Shown here: one piece after another, positions 30,459 to 32,000 of the stretch | Layout: every line of letters begins with the position of its first letter | How positions within the stretch are numbered: the stretch's first letter is position 1 | Source of the DNA: Candidatus Harpocratesius repetitus | Lineage (GTDB): Archaea; Asgardarchaeota; Lokiarchaeia; Sigyniarchaeales; Promethearchaeaceae | Reading direction: 5' to 3' | Assembly (NCBI GenBank): GCA_021498095.1 | Contig: JAIZWK010000001.1 | Coordinates: forward strand, 60,001-92,000 | Length of the DNA: 32,000 nucleotides | Translations under genes and position numbers: made by a program | Notes under the pieces: generated by a model | What the model saw: only the letters and a program-made list of their open reading frames with translations | What the model was told of the DNA's origin: nothing | The model's database searches: none

Positions 30459-31304
30459 GTGTTTAAAATGAAAAATAAAAAGAGTGCTATTTTATTTAGT
30501 ATAGTGTTTTTAATGTCTTTCTTTACACCAGTTTTGGCTATTATTGATGATGGTGGTGGTGGAGGCTCTACTCCACCTAATCTTTATGATTACGATGTTG
30601 GTGTTATAATAACGTATTATGAGAAAAATCCAAATCCGTTTAAACCATCTATAGTTATGGCAGAATATTATCTAAAAATAAATTCTCTTTTATTTATAGA
30701 ACCCGGAGATGAATACTTTTACTCATATACTACTAGCCGATATGGAACTATAAAAGCAGATTATTCAAATTTATTTGATTTCTTGACTATAAAAGAAAAT
30801 TTCCAATTAGCTTTTGATTTAGTAAAAAAAAAAAAGGAAAAAGACTATTTTTCAAAAATTATGGAAAAAATTGACTTAAAAGACAGAGAAACTTATTATC
30901 CTAATGAATTTAGTGCTGGACAAATTCAAAAAATTGCTTTTCTTCTGGCTATAGAAAAAGGCTCACAAATTATTCTTGCTGATGAACCAACAGGAAATTT
31001 AGATGCTAATTCTCGTGATAATTTTATGGAAATGATTAAAGATTTCAAAAAAAACATCAAAGATTCAATGATTATTATTGTTTCTCATGATCCGGCACTA
31101 ATGAAGATTGCTGATCGCCTTTTTCTTTTAGAAAATGGAAAATGTATCTCTTCTAATATAATTTCAGCTTCTATCCATGAGAACTCAAAATATCCATTCG
31201 AAATTACAAAATATAAAAAACCTTTTAATCAGAAAATTCAAAAAACTGTAAGTAAATTGAAATCACTAATTGAAGAATTAGAATTATTATCATCAGGAGA
31301 ATAG
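30459..31304 (+). CDS. Chimeric ORF: secreted-protein N-terminus fused to the C-terminal half of a LolD/MacB-type ABC ATPase
   Basis: Signal peptide MKNKKSAILFSIVFLMSFFTPVLA + GGGGGS, then NLFDFLTIKEN, FSAGQIQK, ILADEPTGNLD and IVSHD. No Walker A motif. Confidence 0.7.
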   Translation: MFKMKNKKSAILFSIVFLMSFFTPVLAIIDDGGGGGSTPPNLYDYDVGVIITYYEKNPNPFKPSIVMAEYYLKINSLLFIEPGDEYFYSYTTSRYGTIKADYSNLFDFLTIKENFQLAFDLVKKKKEKDYFSKIMEKIDLKDRETYYPNEFSAGQIQKIAFLLAIEKGSQIILADEPTGNLDANSRDNFMEMIKDFKKNIKDSMIIIVSHDPALMKIADRLFLLENGKCISSNIISASIHENSKYPFEITKYKKPFNQKIQKTVSKLKSLIEELELLSSGE

Positions 31305-31309
31305 TAACA

Positions 31310-32000
31310 TTGAAAAACGATTCGAAAAAACAAAAATATGGGAAAATTGTAGCTTTAGGTTTGATATTGCTAATCCCTTTAACAATCATGCAACAAAATC
31401 ACCTTTTTAAATCGGATTTAAGTTTAAACTCAACTAATAATATAATCGCTGCAGATATTTCCCAAAATTATTCATTTGCATATCCATTTTACTGCAAAAC
31501 CAATTTTACTTTATCAAATAGTTCAACGCTCCAATTATTGGGCACGATTCAGTATGACATTAGTGGTTTTTTTCACTTTGAGCCTGGAGATGAATTTATT
31601 ATCAATTCCACAGCTAAATATCAGCGAACACTGACTTTTTCTGGAGAAAAGCTCATTCAATGGGATAATTTTACGCTATATAATTCCACTTCTTATGATA
31701 GCAGTTATCGCATCTATCAACTTGATTTCATTGGTAATATTTTATTTCATCTGACTTCTCCTTTAGTGAATCTTAGTATAGAGTGGATATTGCAAATTTT
31801 TGACAATCAGCTTCCAGATTTTAGTACATCTATAATAGGAGTCGATTTTAATCAATATAAACTTGAAATAAAAACCACATTTAAACAAAATTGTGATCAA
31901 TACTTTACTTCATTTTCAGATGATAATGACACGTCATCACTTAGAAATCAATCTATGTACATTATTTATGCGACAATTGGAATATGCGGGCTCTTAGGCA
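31310..32000 (+). CDS. Putative exported/membrane protein, 3'-partial (not in the ORF track)
   Basis: TTG at 31310 with AGGAGA upstream. The frame is open to the window end (MKNDSKKQKYGKIVALGLILLIPLTIM...). N-terminal TM, Asn/Ser/Thr-rich, with a hydrophobic stretch starting at the edge. Confidence 0.7.
   Translation, partial: MKNDSKKQKYGKIVALGLILLIPLTIMQQNHLFKSDLSLNSTNNIIAADISQNYSFAYPFYCKTNFTLSNSSTLQLLGTIQYDISGFFHFEPGDEFIINSTAKYQRTLTFSGEKLIQWDNFTLYNSTSYDSSYRIYQLDFIGNILFHLTSPLVNLSIEWILQIFDNQLPDFSTSIIGVDFNQYKLEIKTTFKQNCDQYFTSFSDDNDTSSLRNQSMYIIYATIGICGLLG

Overview
AT-rich window (roughly 30% GC by eye), most consistent with an Asgard archaeon of the Lokiarchaeia. Support: a large surface protein ending in IPGY-TM-KKRR (Loki-CTERM type), an archaeal PUA/MCT-1-like gene, a COG1672-type archaeal ATPase and an MNT-HEPN pair. 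It looks like an accessory region rich in mobile and defence genes. Main contents: a flavodoxin-like gene cut by the window edge; two copies of a ~313-bp MITE-like element; a 3.2-kb module (helical-repeat protein, radical SAM, TetR) bracketed by a 101-bp direct repeat of the 3' end of the PUA gene (att-like); a paralogous unknown gene pair, one copy with a nonsense codon; an ISL3-type transposase and two decayed transposases; TauE; a 1066-aa Zn-ribbon/TIR/STAND-NTPase/TPR (NLR-like) protein; a GT2; a 1706-aa surface protein with 945-bp tandem repeats carrying a variable patch; and an ORF fusing a signal peptide to half an ABC ATPase. Several frameshifts fall on homopolymers that are one base short, so some broken genes may be assembly errors. 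No rRNA, tRNA or CRISPR array was seen. All calls come from reading motifs and aligning by eye; no database searches were run.
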